Assembly: GCA_002189035.1 (NCBI GenBank)
Contig: NEEC01000009.1
Location: forward strand, 2,852,001 to 2,916,000
DNA from: Utricularia gibba
Taxonomy: Eukaryota > Plantae > Magnoliophyta
DNA: 64,000 bases
Direction of reading: 5' to 3'
The first letter of the stretch is position 1, and the number at the start of each line of letters is the position of its first letter. The notes beneath the pieces were generated by a model that saw only the letters and a program-made list of their open reading frames with translations, ran no database searches and had not been told where the DNA came from. Positions 1 through 14,703 of this stretch are shown here, piece by piece. Made by a program: the position numbers and the translations under genes.

Positions 1-302
1 ATCCAGCACAATGCAAACTGTATATCTATGTCATGTCTGTTTTCATTTCATCTATCAAAAACAAGTCTGAAGGAAAATGGCTTAAGAGTATTAAAGGACA
101 CTAGTATCTCCTGAATGCATAAAATTCTGATGGAAGACCGGACCAAGGTTATCCATTATGAAAAACCCGTACATCAAGGTGCAACAGTCATGATAGATTG
201 GACTCATCATTTTCTAACACTCACGCCTTTCTTTTCATATATATTGTGCAGCCATGGGCATCAAGTTGGTTCTATGTGATGAATAAAAGTGATTTTCCTC
301 AC

Positions 303-3300
303 CAAATAACAAAGCAGGGTAACTCTTGCTGTAGGGTATCGATAGAAGAATCTTGTGGCCCTGAGAGCTCCCTTATCCAAAAATTTTGCAGCCCTCTGCA
401 ACTGCAGTTTTCAGATATGCTTAGATTAGCTCGCAATTTAGTATCGCATAATCAACAATCATACGCTGCAGAAACAAGAAAAAAAGCACACCTGTAGGCC
501 TGCCCCAGCTAGCTGGCGATGATACACAGGAAGAGGCCTGAAAAGTCGTCTTATAAGAAAACTTCACTTGGAATTAAGCCTTGTAAAATTGCCACCAGAT
601 TTAAAATAATATCAGATGTTTCTATAAGGCAGAGGATTTGATTGGCGGGGCAGATAATACAACTACTTTTCACAGCGTGTCATACATCTAACTAAACCTA
701 CATTTATAAAACAAGCAAAAGGGAAAAAAAGAGAAACATTTTACTCGGATAAAAAAGTAGGTTACATGAGTTCTGCAGGGAATTAAGTGGTTCTAGTGAC
801 ATGTCATTTAAAAACCGTGTTTAACCAGGGTAACAACATATGGTCAGTTTCGCAAAACTTGACAAATAACACAAAACAAGCTAAACATACTCAAGTGCTT
901 TCATGTCGCTTTCCTCCTCCCAAGAGGACGATGTCCTGCGAGAAGTTCTGTTCCTTTCAGCCTCCAGCTGTTTCACCATTGATCAATATTGTTAAAGATG
1001 GAGAAGGGAAATTGAAAAGTAATGGGATATTAAACAGCGTGCACATCAATCTAAGCAACATATACAAATTTCAGACTTGCGCTTCTTGAAGACGCTTGAC
1101 TTCTTTTTCCAACTGAAACTCAGCAGCTGCTTTTTCACTAGCCATTGTTTCCAATTGCGTTTGCTTGTAATACTGAAATATATGATGAAAGAAGTTATCA
1201 TAATTACTATTTCTACTAATGCTGTTCTATAAATAAAACAAAAATAACAGCATACCAATAAATCAGTTAGCTCACTGTAACGCTTCTCCAGCTCCATGTG
1301 TTCCTGATTACATATATCATGCAATGCAACATGAAAAAAAAAAAAAAAAAACTCATTGCTATCATATACATGTAAGCGGTTTGATTAAAATTTTCTACAA
1401 CAGTAACCTTTGTATGGCATTCTCTTCGGGCAATTCTAAGTCAAGAATCTGAACAATCATATTTAAGGCCTATAATAACTAGTGACCTATCATTCAAGGT
1501 CGATTCAACAGTCTGATAAAAGTTTGCTATATCCTTAGACCTATTTGAAGCAACGCATAACCAGATGAAGTTTTGGAGGTGACTAGTTAAGGAGAATCAT
1601 ATAGAAATAGCCTATGCTGCAGAATCCTACAGATATTACTGTTACCTGACGTGAATAATGCTCAGCATCCCTTGTCATGGACGCTACTTGAACTCTCATC
1701 TTCTGGAATTCCACCTACAAGAGCCGCATACATTTAGTACAAATTTCCCATTAAATACTTCCCCCCTAGATAATTCCTTCCATGAACAAGTAGGAACAAA
1801 TAATTAGTATTTTTGAAGTTTATCTTCATTGATGTATGGACTAAACTATTTATCGCTGAAGATAATTTATTGAGGAGAAGATAGAACATATACCTCCATT
1901 AATGAAAGTTTACTTTCAGCCTCTCTCTGACTTTGACGCGCACGCTCAACTTCTTCTTGCCATGCCTGAACCTAAGGAACAAACAAATATCACATAAGAA
2001 ATAGTCAAATGTAGTAGGGAAGTCATATATTGTTGATAAAAGAGTTACTAATGGATGGCTTGAGAAGAGGATACAATGTTCATGTGCGAAGGGATTAGGC
2101 ACTATCGCAATTCTAAAATATCAGAGCCTAGTCAAGTTTCGAAACTTTGTTACTTTACAGTTGTTTTGTCGAACTATACCACACAACTGGAAAGCCCTTG
2201 AAAATTTATTCTTGACATTTCATTTCGTATAATATTATCTAAATGAACAGCAGCCATGAATCAATAGCTATTCTTCAAGAGAAAATAATAAAAATACAGA
2301 AACCTGAAGTTCATTTCAAGTATGTGAGTGTTAAAAACAGGCTTCCAACACCCAAAGTAACTAATGTTAAGAAAGGCATGGGGAAGAAAATGCTGAGGAT
2401 CATCTAAGGTAATCTCCGTTGAAACAGCTATTTAAGTTCGTCATTAGATCTTTTATTCAGTGCTATGTATTTTACCTGGATAGCTTGGTTTGAATCTTCA
2501 GAGGACTTCTTTTGTGAAAGACGTGAGGAAGCTTGCATGTCTTGAAGTTCTTGATTAAGTGATGCACACTCAACCTGCAATTACCAGGCATCAATTTTTC
2601 CTTTTTTTTTTTTTTGATCAGTTACCAGGCATCAATTGAATTTTCACAAATCGGTTTATTTTAGACTTGATTATGCAGACAGAAAATTTGAATAGATGGC
2701 ATGACTTTTTCAAGAAATAAAGAGACACCAATACCTCAAGAAGTGCTATTTTCTGCTCAAGTTCAGAAACCCTTGAAGCCTTGTCATCAGCTGCCCTCTA
2801 ACAGAATAATAGATAAATAAAGGTTGATTACTTTGAAAGGGTGTACATTTATTTTTAACATAAGAACCAAACACTCCCAATATAGTTTCTAACAGCATCT
2901 TAAAACTCAATGACACAATTCAAACAAAAATGATGATAGCAGCCCTGATAGAGCATGCTGAAACTTCAAAAACAATCCACAGAAAATTTAAAAAGGAAAG
3001 CCCGTTTCTAAGCATTACCTGAATCTTGGCTAATGCAGTGGAGGCCTCAAGAGCTCTATGTTCCAATTCTACTTCCCTTTCTCTAGCAGCCTATTCAGAA
3101 ACAAATTCATTGTTCTCAATGATAGCAGATCTAGAAAAATAACAGCAAAAAAATACATGAAAAGAAATGAGTCAAGGTGATCCAACCAGCTTTATGGCAT
3201 TATGTGCAGCACGCTCTTCATCAGCTCTTCTTTCAGCAGCAGCTAGTTCCTCTCTGAGTGCCTGAGCATCAGTTATTCATTATGTTGCCCATGAAGAGTT

Positions 3301-6091
3301 ACGAAAAAAGAGCGTCTTTACTTGTATCATTCTGGTTTCTGCTAGCTCTCTGTTTCTCATAACAGACTCCATAGTCTCCTGTAAAGCACAAGAAAAGTAT
3401 GTGTGTAACAAAAAAAAATGTCAGGAATTATCGAAAAAATAAGAAACCAGCAAAGAAGGATACAGTAATCAATTGAAAGTTAGAACATCAACCAGTTATC
3501 AATCTCCCTGCCAACCCATTCATTTATTCCACCAAATGATATGTACTTATCGTGGTATGTATTATTTTCCGAACAGAGACAAGATTCACTATCTCCAGCT
3601 TTGAGACAAAGAAAGATTTGATTTTCGTGCTTATTTTGAGAAAATATATGCAATGTCAGAGACAACCTTTCAGATACCTGAACTGATGCGTAGTTTCCTT
3701 CAGCCAAAGCAGCTTGCTTTTTTAACGAGTCAACAGAACTGACAAGTAACTCGATTTCAGCATTTTTAGCTGATAAAGCTTCAAGCATGTTTGCCTCAGC
3801 TCTGGTTGTCTCTTCCTTGGATGCAGAAAGCTCTCTTTTCAGCTGCTTGATATGAGCCTCATAAGATCTTGTCAACTCTTTCTGTTACACATGAGGACCT
3901 TCTTAGTATCATGAGCTAATAAACGTTGATGAAGCCTTCAGTTCATCTTAGAGGGTAGTTGTCGGTTTACCTCTGCCACAAGAAGTTCCTCCAGTTGAGT
4001 ATTTTCAGATTTGTACTCCTGAAGGCGGGAAGAAAGTCCAGCACAAACCTGAGGTTGGAAACAACAATATCAGTGAATAAATGTGCATGCAAAAGAAGTC
4101 ACTACTTTATTCGCAAGGAAACAAATCAAGCAGTAAAAAGAACATCTAAAGTTAAATGCCCTAAAACACTAGTCGATCCAGCAAACTAGAGTCCCATCAA
4201 AATGATAAACCACTGTTATCATAATTTTTGGTCAAAGCCGCAGGTTAGATTTACAGCTTTTCTAGAGAAAAATTAACCACAAAAGATAGTAAACTGGTCT
4301 GAAATAATGATATTGTCAACACAAGAAATATGGATAGAGAGTGGCAGTGAGGCCAGGGAAGACAAAAGATTTAAGATATTTCATTATAAAACTAAATGCG
4401 AACTCTCCATAATATTTTACCCGGGCTAGTCTTGCTTCCTTTGACTGCCCTGTTGAAACAGCACTTTTCAGCAATCCTTGAGCCTGTTTAGTTCAAATAG
4501 CACCACCATCGTGAATTGATGGTCACAAAATATAAGGAAAATCATCAAGTTACCAACATTACCTCATCAAGTTGCTCTTGAATTTTTACATCCGAGTTTA
4601 GACTTTTTTGTTCCTGTGTTTCTTTATTTTGAACATCAGGGTCAGATGCTGACTTTGGATTCTTCAGTGGTGCAGTACTAGGCATTTCATCTTCATATTC
4701 CATCCGTGAATCTAATATTTTGCTTTTTTGTACAGAGTTTTCATCTTCTAATGTAAGACCCTGATTAGTGATATCCACATTATCACTGATAACAACATTG
4801 ACATCTTTCACTTGATCTCGATTTTCTTCAAGATCCATTGCACCACTAGAATTCTGTTCTACGTTAAATGTTCTGGATCCCTGATCAGCAGCTGACACAG
4901 TCTCATTATTTGTTGTCTCATGGCTAAAATCCTCAACTATTGAACCATCTATTGGATTCTTGTGTTGCTCTGCTCCAAGAATGTTAGTCACAGAACTACT
5001 TTCACTGACTCCATTCTGTGATGCGTGTTTATTTCTCTCATTCTCTAGATGAGGTTCCAAGGATTCAGTGACTGACTGAACTCGTTTAGCATTTTCCACA
5101 GCAGAATCTTTGCTAGAAGACAGCTCCTTCTGGGGCTGCAGGAAATTGTCTCAATGGCAAGCAAGAAAAACTGGAAGTGGCATAATGATCATCTGAATTG
5201 AAGAGTACCTTTGCTCTTAGTTTAGGCTTCTTCACTTCGGATCTAGACCTCTGACCGTTATGTTCTTTGCAAAATCAATAGAAATATACTTAGTTAATTA
5301 GGACATCACAATCCACTTACAAAAAATACAATCTCAGATACTGGTACCACTAAATTGTTAACACAATATGGAGCCTCAAGGTAATTACACAATATGGATG
5401 GATCCTACCTTTCACAATTGACACCTTTGCTATCACATACATCCAAAACGATGAATAATAAATAAGATTCACCAAGCATCTCCATGATCTATTCTTGCAG
5501 CTAGTTTAAAGAAAAATGCGTAGAGCCCGTAGCACAGTGCATTGCCAAAGTAAACAAATTGTCATCTTTTAACAAGACAAGCACTACACATTTTTAACAA
5601 CCCCAAAAGATTCATTAGTTAACCAAACATGCTGGATTAATCTAATTTCAGGTACATACCTGCATTAACAACAGGCTGCTCTTCGGATTTCTCCCCAGCA
5701 ACAAGCTTCACCCTCCGGTCCACTCCTTCAAGTATATCTGGTAAATATAGCTATACATTTCAAAACGTGATAAAAAAAAATACATTCTTTTCCCTAATCA
5801 GATACGAAGAATGAAGATCCTCCTAGGATCAAAATGATTGCAAAACCAAGCCTAAACCTACACTTGGTTCCCAAAAACATCATGCTACCAAGCAAAGAAA
5901 ACAAGCATTCCGATCATATAAATTGGACCTCCTCTTAATCTTTAATCCAAAATGTCGTTACGGGTACAGAAGTATGCACTGGATACCACATCATACACGC
6001 GAATAAAACGCAAAGAACACAAAAATGAACTTCGATTTCGGAGAAGGAGAGTTAATAGCGTACCTTCGGCAGCTTTTAGCCAAGAGGCCAT
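303..6091 (-). CDS. GC1: Golgin-84-like coiled-coil Golgi protein (golgin candidate 1), multi-exon; last exon(s) lie beyond the window start
   Basis: ATG at 6091 gives MASWLKAAE, and the next exon gives DILEGVDRRVKLVAGE (family N-terminus). Later exons read AWQEEVERARQ, YYKQTQLETMASEKAAAEFQLEKE, EAERNRTSRRTSSSWEEE, PLPVYHRQ and LQRAAKFLDKGALRATRFFYRYPTAR. GT-AG boundaries were checked for these exons. Confidence 0.92.
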
Positions 6092-7127
6092 CGGAAGAGA
6101 CGATCATACGAATGAAAGGGATTCACGCACTTGCGGGCGCCAAGTCAAATTAACAAAAAGTGAACACTTCGGTAGCCGATTCCTATCACGCTTATCTGGG
6201 ACTGATTGAGAATCAAGGAAGCGTATCTGACACTCAAAATGCAAATCCGATCGGCTTGCGGATTGTGAATGCTTACCGATTCGCGACTGATCAGAGTTAA
6301 GAAATCTCGGATACCGTTACCGTACTGCCACTACTTACAATTTTCTACCCCAAAAGGTATATCTTTCTTCATTTTAACCCTATAAAATATCTTCACCTGA
6401 TTGCGAATCCAAACCTCAGTCAAAGTCAGACCCGACCCTATGCTCTGCGGGTCATCTTCTCTAATTCATCTTGGTCTCTTCTTTTAGGTACACTGTCTCT
6501 TCACTCTTGTGACTCGCCTGGAGGTTGGATCAATCATTACTCTGAAGAATCAAGTGACTTAAGGAGTGTTGACTTTTGTACCAGGATTGTGTTTTTTTTT
6601 TGTTTCAACTTCGGTGTAAATTATCTTTGTACAGTAACTTGATCGCTACCTTATCCTGTCCTGTGTAGTGGATAATGCTTATTTATTGGTATATTGAGGC
6701 AGGAATATATTGCTTAGTGAACATGAAAATGTCTAAAGATAATGTTTGGTTAGCGAGCGAATTGGAGATAAAGAGACAGGTCCCATCCATAAATCATCTC
6801 ACACATGCACTTGTAGAGCTTCGTCTTCCACTTTTCCGCCTGCCATTTATTTCCTTGATTGGATTGTGATAAAGCAACTGTTTTCTTGCCAATTTTTTTC
6901 CCTTGTGCTGCTGTGCTTTTGAGATGTGCGGATGGGGTTTGATCACTGTTCCATTTTGTGGAGCTTGCGGTTATTTGTGGTTTTCAGAGGTGGTGCAGCT
7001 TTGTTTTCCAAATGGGTATTAGAGACTATGAAAGTACTGCAGTTCCTTGTCCAGGATTGATATTGTTTCTGTGAGTGGCTTTTATTGCTTGGAACAGGCT
7101 GTGGGTTGAAACTGTATTTTTTGAGTG

Positions 7128-10100
7128 ATGGGTTGTGTTTACTCGAAGGCATACCTTGGTGACTTGGGTGCTCCCCGAGCACTGAAGGGGGTACCTGTAG
7201 AAGCTTTGAGAAATGATAGGGATGAGATTGATGTTTTTAATCCTCAAGAGTCAAGGAGAGGCGAAGTGGGTAGCCGCTTAGGTGAAATAACCTGCAAGAC
7301 GGATTTTGAATCAAGTATTGCCAAATTACCGAGGGTATCATCTCAATATCTTCCAACTGGTGGAATGGGGACAGTGAAAGTTCCCTCAGGGGGTTATGAA
7401 TTGCGGTATTCGTACCTATCTCAGAAAGGCTACTATCCTGAGGCCCCAGATAAGATAAACCAGGATAGCTACTGCATTCGTTCTCCACTTGGAGCAAGTT
7501 TAGATGATCATTTATTTGGGGTTTTTGATGGACATGGGGAATTTGGAGCTCAGTGCTCACAGTTTGTGAAGCTCAAGTTGGCAGAAAATTTGCTTAATAA
7601 TAGTAAATTTAATGTGGATGTAGTGGCGGCATTACGAGCTGCTTACATGTCAATAAATGAACAACTGCACGCTGATGCTGTGGATGACAGTATGAGTGGA
7701 ACTACTGCCATAACAGTGCTGGTAAGAGGCAAGACGCTTTATGTTGCCAATGCAGGTGATTCAAGGGCCATAGTAGGTCAGAAAAAAGGCAATGATTATG
7801 TAGCTGTTGACTTATCAATTGATCAAACGCCTTTCCGGCCTGATGAACTTGAGAGAGTAAAGGGTTGTGGTGCTAGAGTTCTCACATTGGATCAGATTGA
7901 GGGGCTAAAGGATCCGGATCTCCAGTGTTGGGGGGCTGAAGAAGGTGAGGATGGAGATCCTCCTAGGCTGTGGGTGCCAAATGGTATGTATCCCGGAACA
8001 GCATTTACTAGAAGTATTGGAGACTCCATTGCCGAGACGATAGGTGTTGTCGCAGACCCTGAAATTGTAGTTTTCGAGCTTACAAGGGATCATCCTTTCT
8101 TTGTGATTGCTAGTGATGGAGTTTTTGAGTTTCTTTCTAGCCAAACTGTGGTGGACATGGTAAAATATTCTTCCCAGCGGAATTTCTTCATTTAGGAACA
8201 TAGTTTAAAGTCAACTAACAATTAATCGCCAAGCTGCTCCCAAGATCTTTTTTTTTATGCATTTTTTTTATTATTATCTCTTACATGGCGTTTGCTCTGT
8301 CAAGGTTGCGAAACACAAAGATCCACGTGATGCTTGTGCTGAAATAGTTGCTGAGTCATATCGTCTCTGGCTGCAATATGAGACTCGCACTGATGACATC
8401 ACATTGATAGTTGCTCATGTAAATGGATTAACTGATGTAAGAAGTCAAAAAATCTGTTCCTTAAAGCTCTTGTATTATTTTACTGGTATAGCCATAACCG
8501 TGTGAATATCATCACAGGCTGCATCTGGTCAGCTTTCAAACTCGGATGCAGTCATAGGATCCCAGATACCTCAAATTATTCAAGTGTCCGGATCAGAGCC
8601 AATTTCTAAGTTCAATTGGAGATCTAGAAACCAGTGTTCAAGAAGTGATATATCTCGTGCACAAGTTGAGGCATTGGAAAAGTCCCTGGAAACTGGACAA
8701 GCTTGGGCTCCTTCAACAGTGCCCAACAGAAAGAGCCGCCAGGAAGAGGTAAACTCTTGAAAACATGTTATTTGTCTGATTTTCTTCCCATGCATTATTC
8801 TGAAAACTGCATGCTTACTGGTTTTTTGGTTGATTTTGCTGATTCAGGCGCATATTGAACGGGCCTTGTGCGACCACTTTCTATTCAGAAAGCTCACTGA
8901 TACTCAGGTTCATGTTTTGTTGGACTGCATGAAAAGGGTTGAGTATCAAGCAGGAGAACTAGTTGTAAAGCAGGTAAAATGCTATTTAATTTATGATGAT
9001 TTCCAGAATGATGACCTTTTTATAATTTTGCTTCCTATCCACAAAATTGTCAGCATAATTTTGTCTGTTAAAAAGCCATTATGATGCATGAAAAAACTGA
9101 AGTCTTCTTAACATAGCATCTGAAAGTTGAACTGGAAGTACAAATCAAAGCCATGATTTACCTTGTATTTTACTAGCCTTACAATCCAAATGCAGCTAAA
9201 TTTAGATAGACTTGATCTGTGTTTCTTCTCATTGTAAAAAAACTGATCTATTTGACTCTGTAAAATTTTCAGGGTGAAGAGGGTAACTATTTCTTCGTTG
9301 TTGGGAGTGGGGAGTTCGATGTCTTTGTATCTCAGGTACAGGCAGGCATTCTACCTGCAATACTACACAACACACGAAACTTTATAGTGCCCTTAATTTC
9401 AGATGTGCTCATAAATAACCATGATGAATGCTTGACTTTTATCATATGTTCTTAGTCCGTTTAATTCATCTTCCAGGATGATGAAAATGAAGGTGCTCCC
9501 AGGGTACTGCAGCGCTACACAGCTGCAAAGTTATCTTCCTTTGGCGAGTTAGCACTAATGTGAGATACTTGCCTGTCTCTTGTTTCAATGAAAATATAAA
9601 CTTTCGTCAAGAGTTTATATCGGTACATCGATGTGATGTTATTTTGACTGCACAAGCTATGGAAATTGATTTAAAAAAAAGTAAATTACATCTCCAGTTG
9701 TTCGCATCTATTTGCTCACTTGTTAGTAAATCCTCCTGGACATGATGCATTTTTTAAGGGGTGTCTTGTGACATATGGCCTGTCCCTCACACCAACATGA
9801 GTCGCTCTTGTGCAATGTATGAACCATAATCTGCATGCTTGAGTACTATTGTGCCTGAAGTTTAATTTTTAGAACTTATAAGATTGCAGGTCCAACAAGC
9901 CACTCCAAACTTCTGTTCGAGCTGTGACAGATGGGACTCTCTGGGCTCTAAAAAGAGAGGATTTCAAAGGAATTCTAGTATCCGAGTTTTCCAATCTATC
10001 ATCATTGAAGTTACTCCGATCCATCCATATTTTTTCAAGGATGACAATTCTGGACTTGGGTCATCTTGCAAACACTCTTTCTGAGATATCTTTCTCTGAT

Positions 10101-10593
10101 GGACAAGCCATAGCTGATGAGGTAAAATCCTCTCCCTGATCCAGTACACCATCCTCAAAGCGCTCTTATTTTCTAAAACCTGTGGCAGAATGGAGATCTC
10201 CTAGGCTTGTACATCATTCAAAAAGGAGCTGTAAACATCACCTGCGACAAGGATGCAGCAAAGACAGTAAACGCAAACAGTCTCCTCATGCCTGAAGCTG
10301 AAAACCAAAATGATGAAACGCCTGGTGAGAGCTTCTCAGTTGAGAAGAAATCAGGGAGTTACTTTGGGGAATGGACACTTCTTGGTGAGAAAATCTCCCC
10401 ATTACAAGCCACCGCTGTCGGCGACGTCGTATGCTCCATCTTAACCAAAGCACATTTGCAATCAGTTACAACCTCTCTGGAAATTCTTCCACACGATCAT
10501 GATGATACAAGTATGCTTCTGATGTGTGTTCTGGGCTGTTCAGTATGGTTCTAGAAGCTTCTTTCTTATGAGTGGCGATGTGTTGCAGGTTAA
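7128..10593 (+). CDS. PP2C plus two cyclic-nucleotide-binding domains (plant PKG-type gene), ending without the C-terminal kinase domain
   Basis: MGCVYSK start. PP2C motifs FGVFDGHG, ANAGDSRA, FFVIASDGVFEFLSSQ and ETRTDDIT. cNMP motifs SSFGELALM and SYFGEWTLLGE. The frame stops at 10554 if unspliced, or at TAA 10591-10593 after a 10511-10588 GT-AG intron. Confidence 0.9.
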
Positions 10594-11094
10594 AGCACAA
10601 CCTTGAAGGCTTTGGGTGGGTGGAAGTGATCGCCATGATCAGATGATGAAGGTGGAAGCCACAAGGCAACTTGTCTTGTTCAGTTACATGGACTTTTTAT
10701 AGCATCTACCAGAGAAGAATTTCTACCCTGCATTTTTGTTAATAAATTTAATGAAGAAAAAGAGCAAGTTTGTGTCTTTTTAAATTTTAACCAAATATTT
10801 ATTATTTGAAAAAAAACAAGGAAATAGTGTGCTTTGTTGAAATTTTATAATTGGTAAAAAAATCAAATGTGGTGCAGTGTTTTAAAATTGATTGAATTTA
10901 ATATTCAGTTTAATTATACATTTTAATTATATTTTAAAATATTTAAAACATTGAGTCAAAGGGATGAAATTGGAAAATGGATTTTTGCAGGGGCAAAACT
11001 GAATATCAGAGAAAATTAAATTAATAAACAGCCGGCCGATACCGGAAGTGGTCCGAGGATTAAGAGAAGAGGGTATTCGGTTCCGGTTACAGGG

Positions 11095-14075
11095 ATGACG
11101 ATCGACGACAACAGCTCTATATACGTCGGCGGCCTACCTTACGAAGTGACGGAGGACAGCCTTCGCAGAGTTTTTGGCTTCTACGGCGCCGTTCTCGCTG
11201 TCAAGGTTTTGGCTTCCTCATTATCTGTTGCCTTGATTCAGTGCGAAATCAGTTTTTCAAATTTATGGGCATGGCAGTTGTCTTGAGTTGATGCATTTTT
11301 TGGAGGCGGAATATGTTCATTGCACCGTGTTTTGTTGAATCCTGCTTGTGTTTCTCCCCCCCGTGAACTGCTTCTTTGCTGTTTTGAACTTTTTTGGTGC
11401 TTCCCTTTGAGTTAGATTCAAAGGCGTATGGTTGAGGCGTAGTCACCGTTAGGCAGTCTGCCATATGCGGCTGTATATCAGTAATGTAATAGAAATGAGT
11501 AAAAGTAGAAAATTTAGGGCTATTGTCGGTTTCGAGTTGGATTATGCTTGCAGAATCTAAAGTTTCCAAATTTTGTGCTTTTGTGGACAGTTATAGTCTG
11601 TGGTTAAGGTCGCAGATAACCAGCTAGATCGTCCTTTATGTTACTCCTTTTTGTGTGCTTGCTTTCAGAACCGTGTTTTTGTGCTGTATTCTTTACAAAA
11701 TGAGCTCTATTTTTAATTTTATGACACAATGGGAAGTGACAAAGGATTTTGATTATCTGACCTTCAGATAATCAATGACCGCTCTGTTGGTGGAAAATGC
11801 TACGGTTTTGTTACTTTTGCAAATCCGAGATCAGCAATTCAAGCGATTGAGGACATGGATGGGAAGGTTATTTTCTCTTCATCTTTTTTGTGATTGGATT
11901 TGCATGGAGATGGATTTCTTTTGCATGCTCAAAGTCCATTAGTTTTTGTGCATCAAAACTCTCAAGTGTTCTTATTGCCCCAGACTATTGATGGGCGTCC
12001 TGTTAAGGTGAATGAAGTAAGGACTAGGGGTGGGAGGCCCCATTATGAACATGAAGGTTCTCGGCGTGATTTTGATAGGGGTGTTGGTCCTGAAAGGGAC
12101 AGAGTGCGGGGTAGAGACATTGACGATCCTTACGATGATCGACATCATAACATGGGACATAGAGGGAGGGCTCGGATTGATGATCAAAACCGGGAAAGAG
12201 GACATGATAGTCATCGAGATCAGTACTTGGAAGAGGAGAGGTTTCAAGATTATGACCGAACGGAGGATGAAGAGTTAGAGCATGGTAGGAAGCGTGAGGT
12301 TGGATGGGAAAGGGAGGGCGAGCAGCAGACGAGCAGTCATAAAATTGCTGATGAAGATGCACGGCCACTGCGCATGCCAGTGAAGAGGTACCACTCATGG
12401 CTTCTATCTTTCAGCTCATATTGAGTACCCATAGCTGCAGATAGTCATTTTTCAATGTATGCATTAGAATCTAGTCTAAATAACTGAACTTGGATCTGTA
12501 CTCTGGATCTAATTTGAACCATAGCACGTTTTTTTTGTGTTATTGTTCTCTAATTAGTTCTGTAGCGGATACTGATGATTCCTGGCGGAACAGGTCAAGA
12601 TTTGATGATCATGGGAGTACAGATCTATCATTGGAGTCATTGCATGACAATCAGTATCAAGTTGACCCCTTGACCTTTGTGGGTACACATCTGGGTTTAC
12701 CTGAGATCTTAGCTGATAATCATCACTTTGTCTCATCAGGGTGAAGGCCATCTGGCAGCTTCAAGTCAAAAGCTTGAAGAACTGCGCAAGGAGGTAGTTA
12801 TCATTTGCCCCTGATTTTTGACGCATTATGGAGCATGTGTCCGATTCCTGGGTCTGACTACAAATATCTTACAGTAGTTATTCTTGTATATATGCTGTTG
12901 GGGTTAATAGATCCGATGTCTATATTTTCATTGTCATTAGTCTGATCATGGCCCTATCTCACTAACTCTGAAGGTCTACCCATCGTTCTGTAACCTCTAG
13001 CAGATTCCACTAGATCTGACTAAATCACAATAACATAAGGGCTCTTCAATCATCTGTAATGTATTGCATATCTATGAGCCATTCTGATGGGTAGTAGGCT
13101 ATTTGATATTTGATGAGCGTAATGGTCATGAATGATTTTTTGGAAACCAGCAATTTGAGGCTATAATTACTATATCAGGGATTTTGCAGCCAACTTTTAA
13201 TACACTCATGCCTTGAATATTGTTTTTTTTTTCCTAAAAAAATGCAACATTTTAAGAATAGGCTTTCTGTTAATCAGGTATCTCATATCGATGGACTGGT
13301 TGCAAATAAGGAAGACACTGTCTCCTGGTTAAAGGATAAATACCAGGTACAGTACATTGTTATTTGCAGATATCATGTACTTACTCGACTGTACATTTCC
13401 CAGCTGTCATATCTGTTATATTTTATCCACGCTGTTTTTCTTAAAGAAATTGGAAGATTCCCTGGTGGCTGCAAAAAAGCTTAGCCAATATCGTCGCAAT
13501 CAGTTAGCCAAGGTAAAGATGCAATCTTTGGGTCTTTGTTGACCAAGTTTGCACTGTATTTTATTCATTTGTTGTTTCGTCCAGTTGTACAAGTGCTATG
13601 AACAAATGAGAGACTACGAGGCAATGTTCAAAAATTCAGAGCATGAGCTCCAGGTAACCCCTTTTCAAATTTTGCTATTTATGCCTCCAACATTTTGTAT
13701 CTGGCCATGGTATATTTATTGTTCATCCTGAATCAGAATCTGTGTCCTGAGTTCGAAATTCTGCTGAGCAAAATCCTGTCTCTTCTGATTGTTGCAATTG
13801 TAGCCATAGTAAAATATTATTCAGTTTTTTAGGCCATTCTTGAGCAGAAATGTTCATTTTCTGATTAGCGTGAACATCCACAAGGAACAGAAGTGGAAGT
13901 TATTATCAGGGTTTAGGCTGCACTTGCAATAGCCCCAGGCTCTCTGCTGAATCTCCTTCTCCCACAAAACTCATCAACCAAAGTCTCTCTCTTCTCCACG
14001 CAGGCCCTTGCTGATTCCACTGCGATCGAACTGGAAAACGGCGATGATGGAATAGTCGCCAACGGAAGAGCCTGA
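11095..14075 (+). CDS. RRM RNA-binding protein with an R/D/E-rich middle region and coiled-coil C-terminus, multi-exon
   Basis: RNP2 IYVGGL and RNP1 KCYGFVTF occur in spliced exons MTIDDNSSIYVGGLPY..., IINDRSVGGKCYGFVTFANP... and TIDGRPVKVNEVRTRGG. The last exon 14004-14075 ends GIVANGRA*. Confidence 0.85.
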
Positions 14076-14703
14076 TCAATGACTAGGTGCTACAAATCTT
14101 CTTTGCTTCAAGAAATTTGGTTTTCTGTAGTTTGCCTTCAGTTCTACTAAAATGACATGGGGATTCGTCCCTCCTGCATCCTGTTCACAGTTTAGGCCAT
14201 CCTACTTTCGAACCCACTCCTATTTATTGCTCTCTCCTCTTCTGCAACTTTGTTTTGGAGTAGAAAAGGAATAATTTCTATGTTGTGTTTTTTGCCAGAA
14301 AATGGAAAAAAAATTTGAGAACCAATCAGGTTATTGATAAATATTCTTCGCTTTGGGGTTGAAAATAATTTTTTAAAATAAATTTATTCGTAATTAATAA
14401 TAAAATTATTTATAAAAGTAAAAATTAGAGAATCATTTGTTGCAATCTTGGTAAAAATTACAACAAAAATTAATAAAAATAATAATTTTAATCACTTTAT
14501 TTAAAAATAAATGATTAGACCAAATTTCAAGTCGCTTGAAATGATTTAGTAATTTGAGTATTTTTTATATGTTTTTTTTATCAAATTTGCAAATGATAAA
14601 AAAACATGCCTTTTGATTTGAATAAATTTAATAGTTATTGCAAATTTCACATATTGAGCATTATTAACCACGCCCTTCGCCGGAGAAAAAAAGGATCCGC
14701 GAT

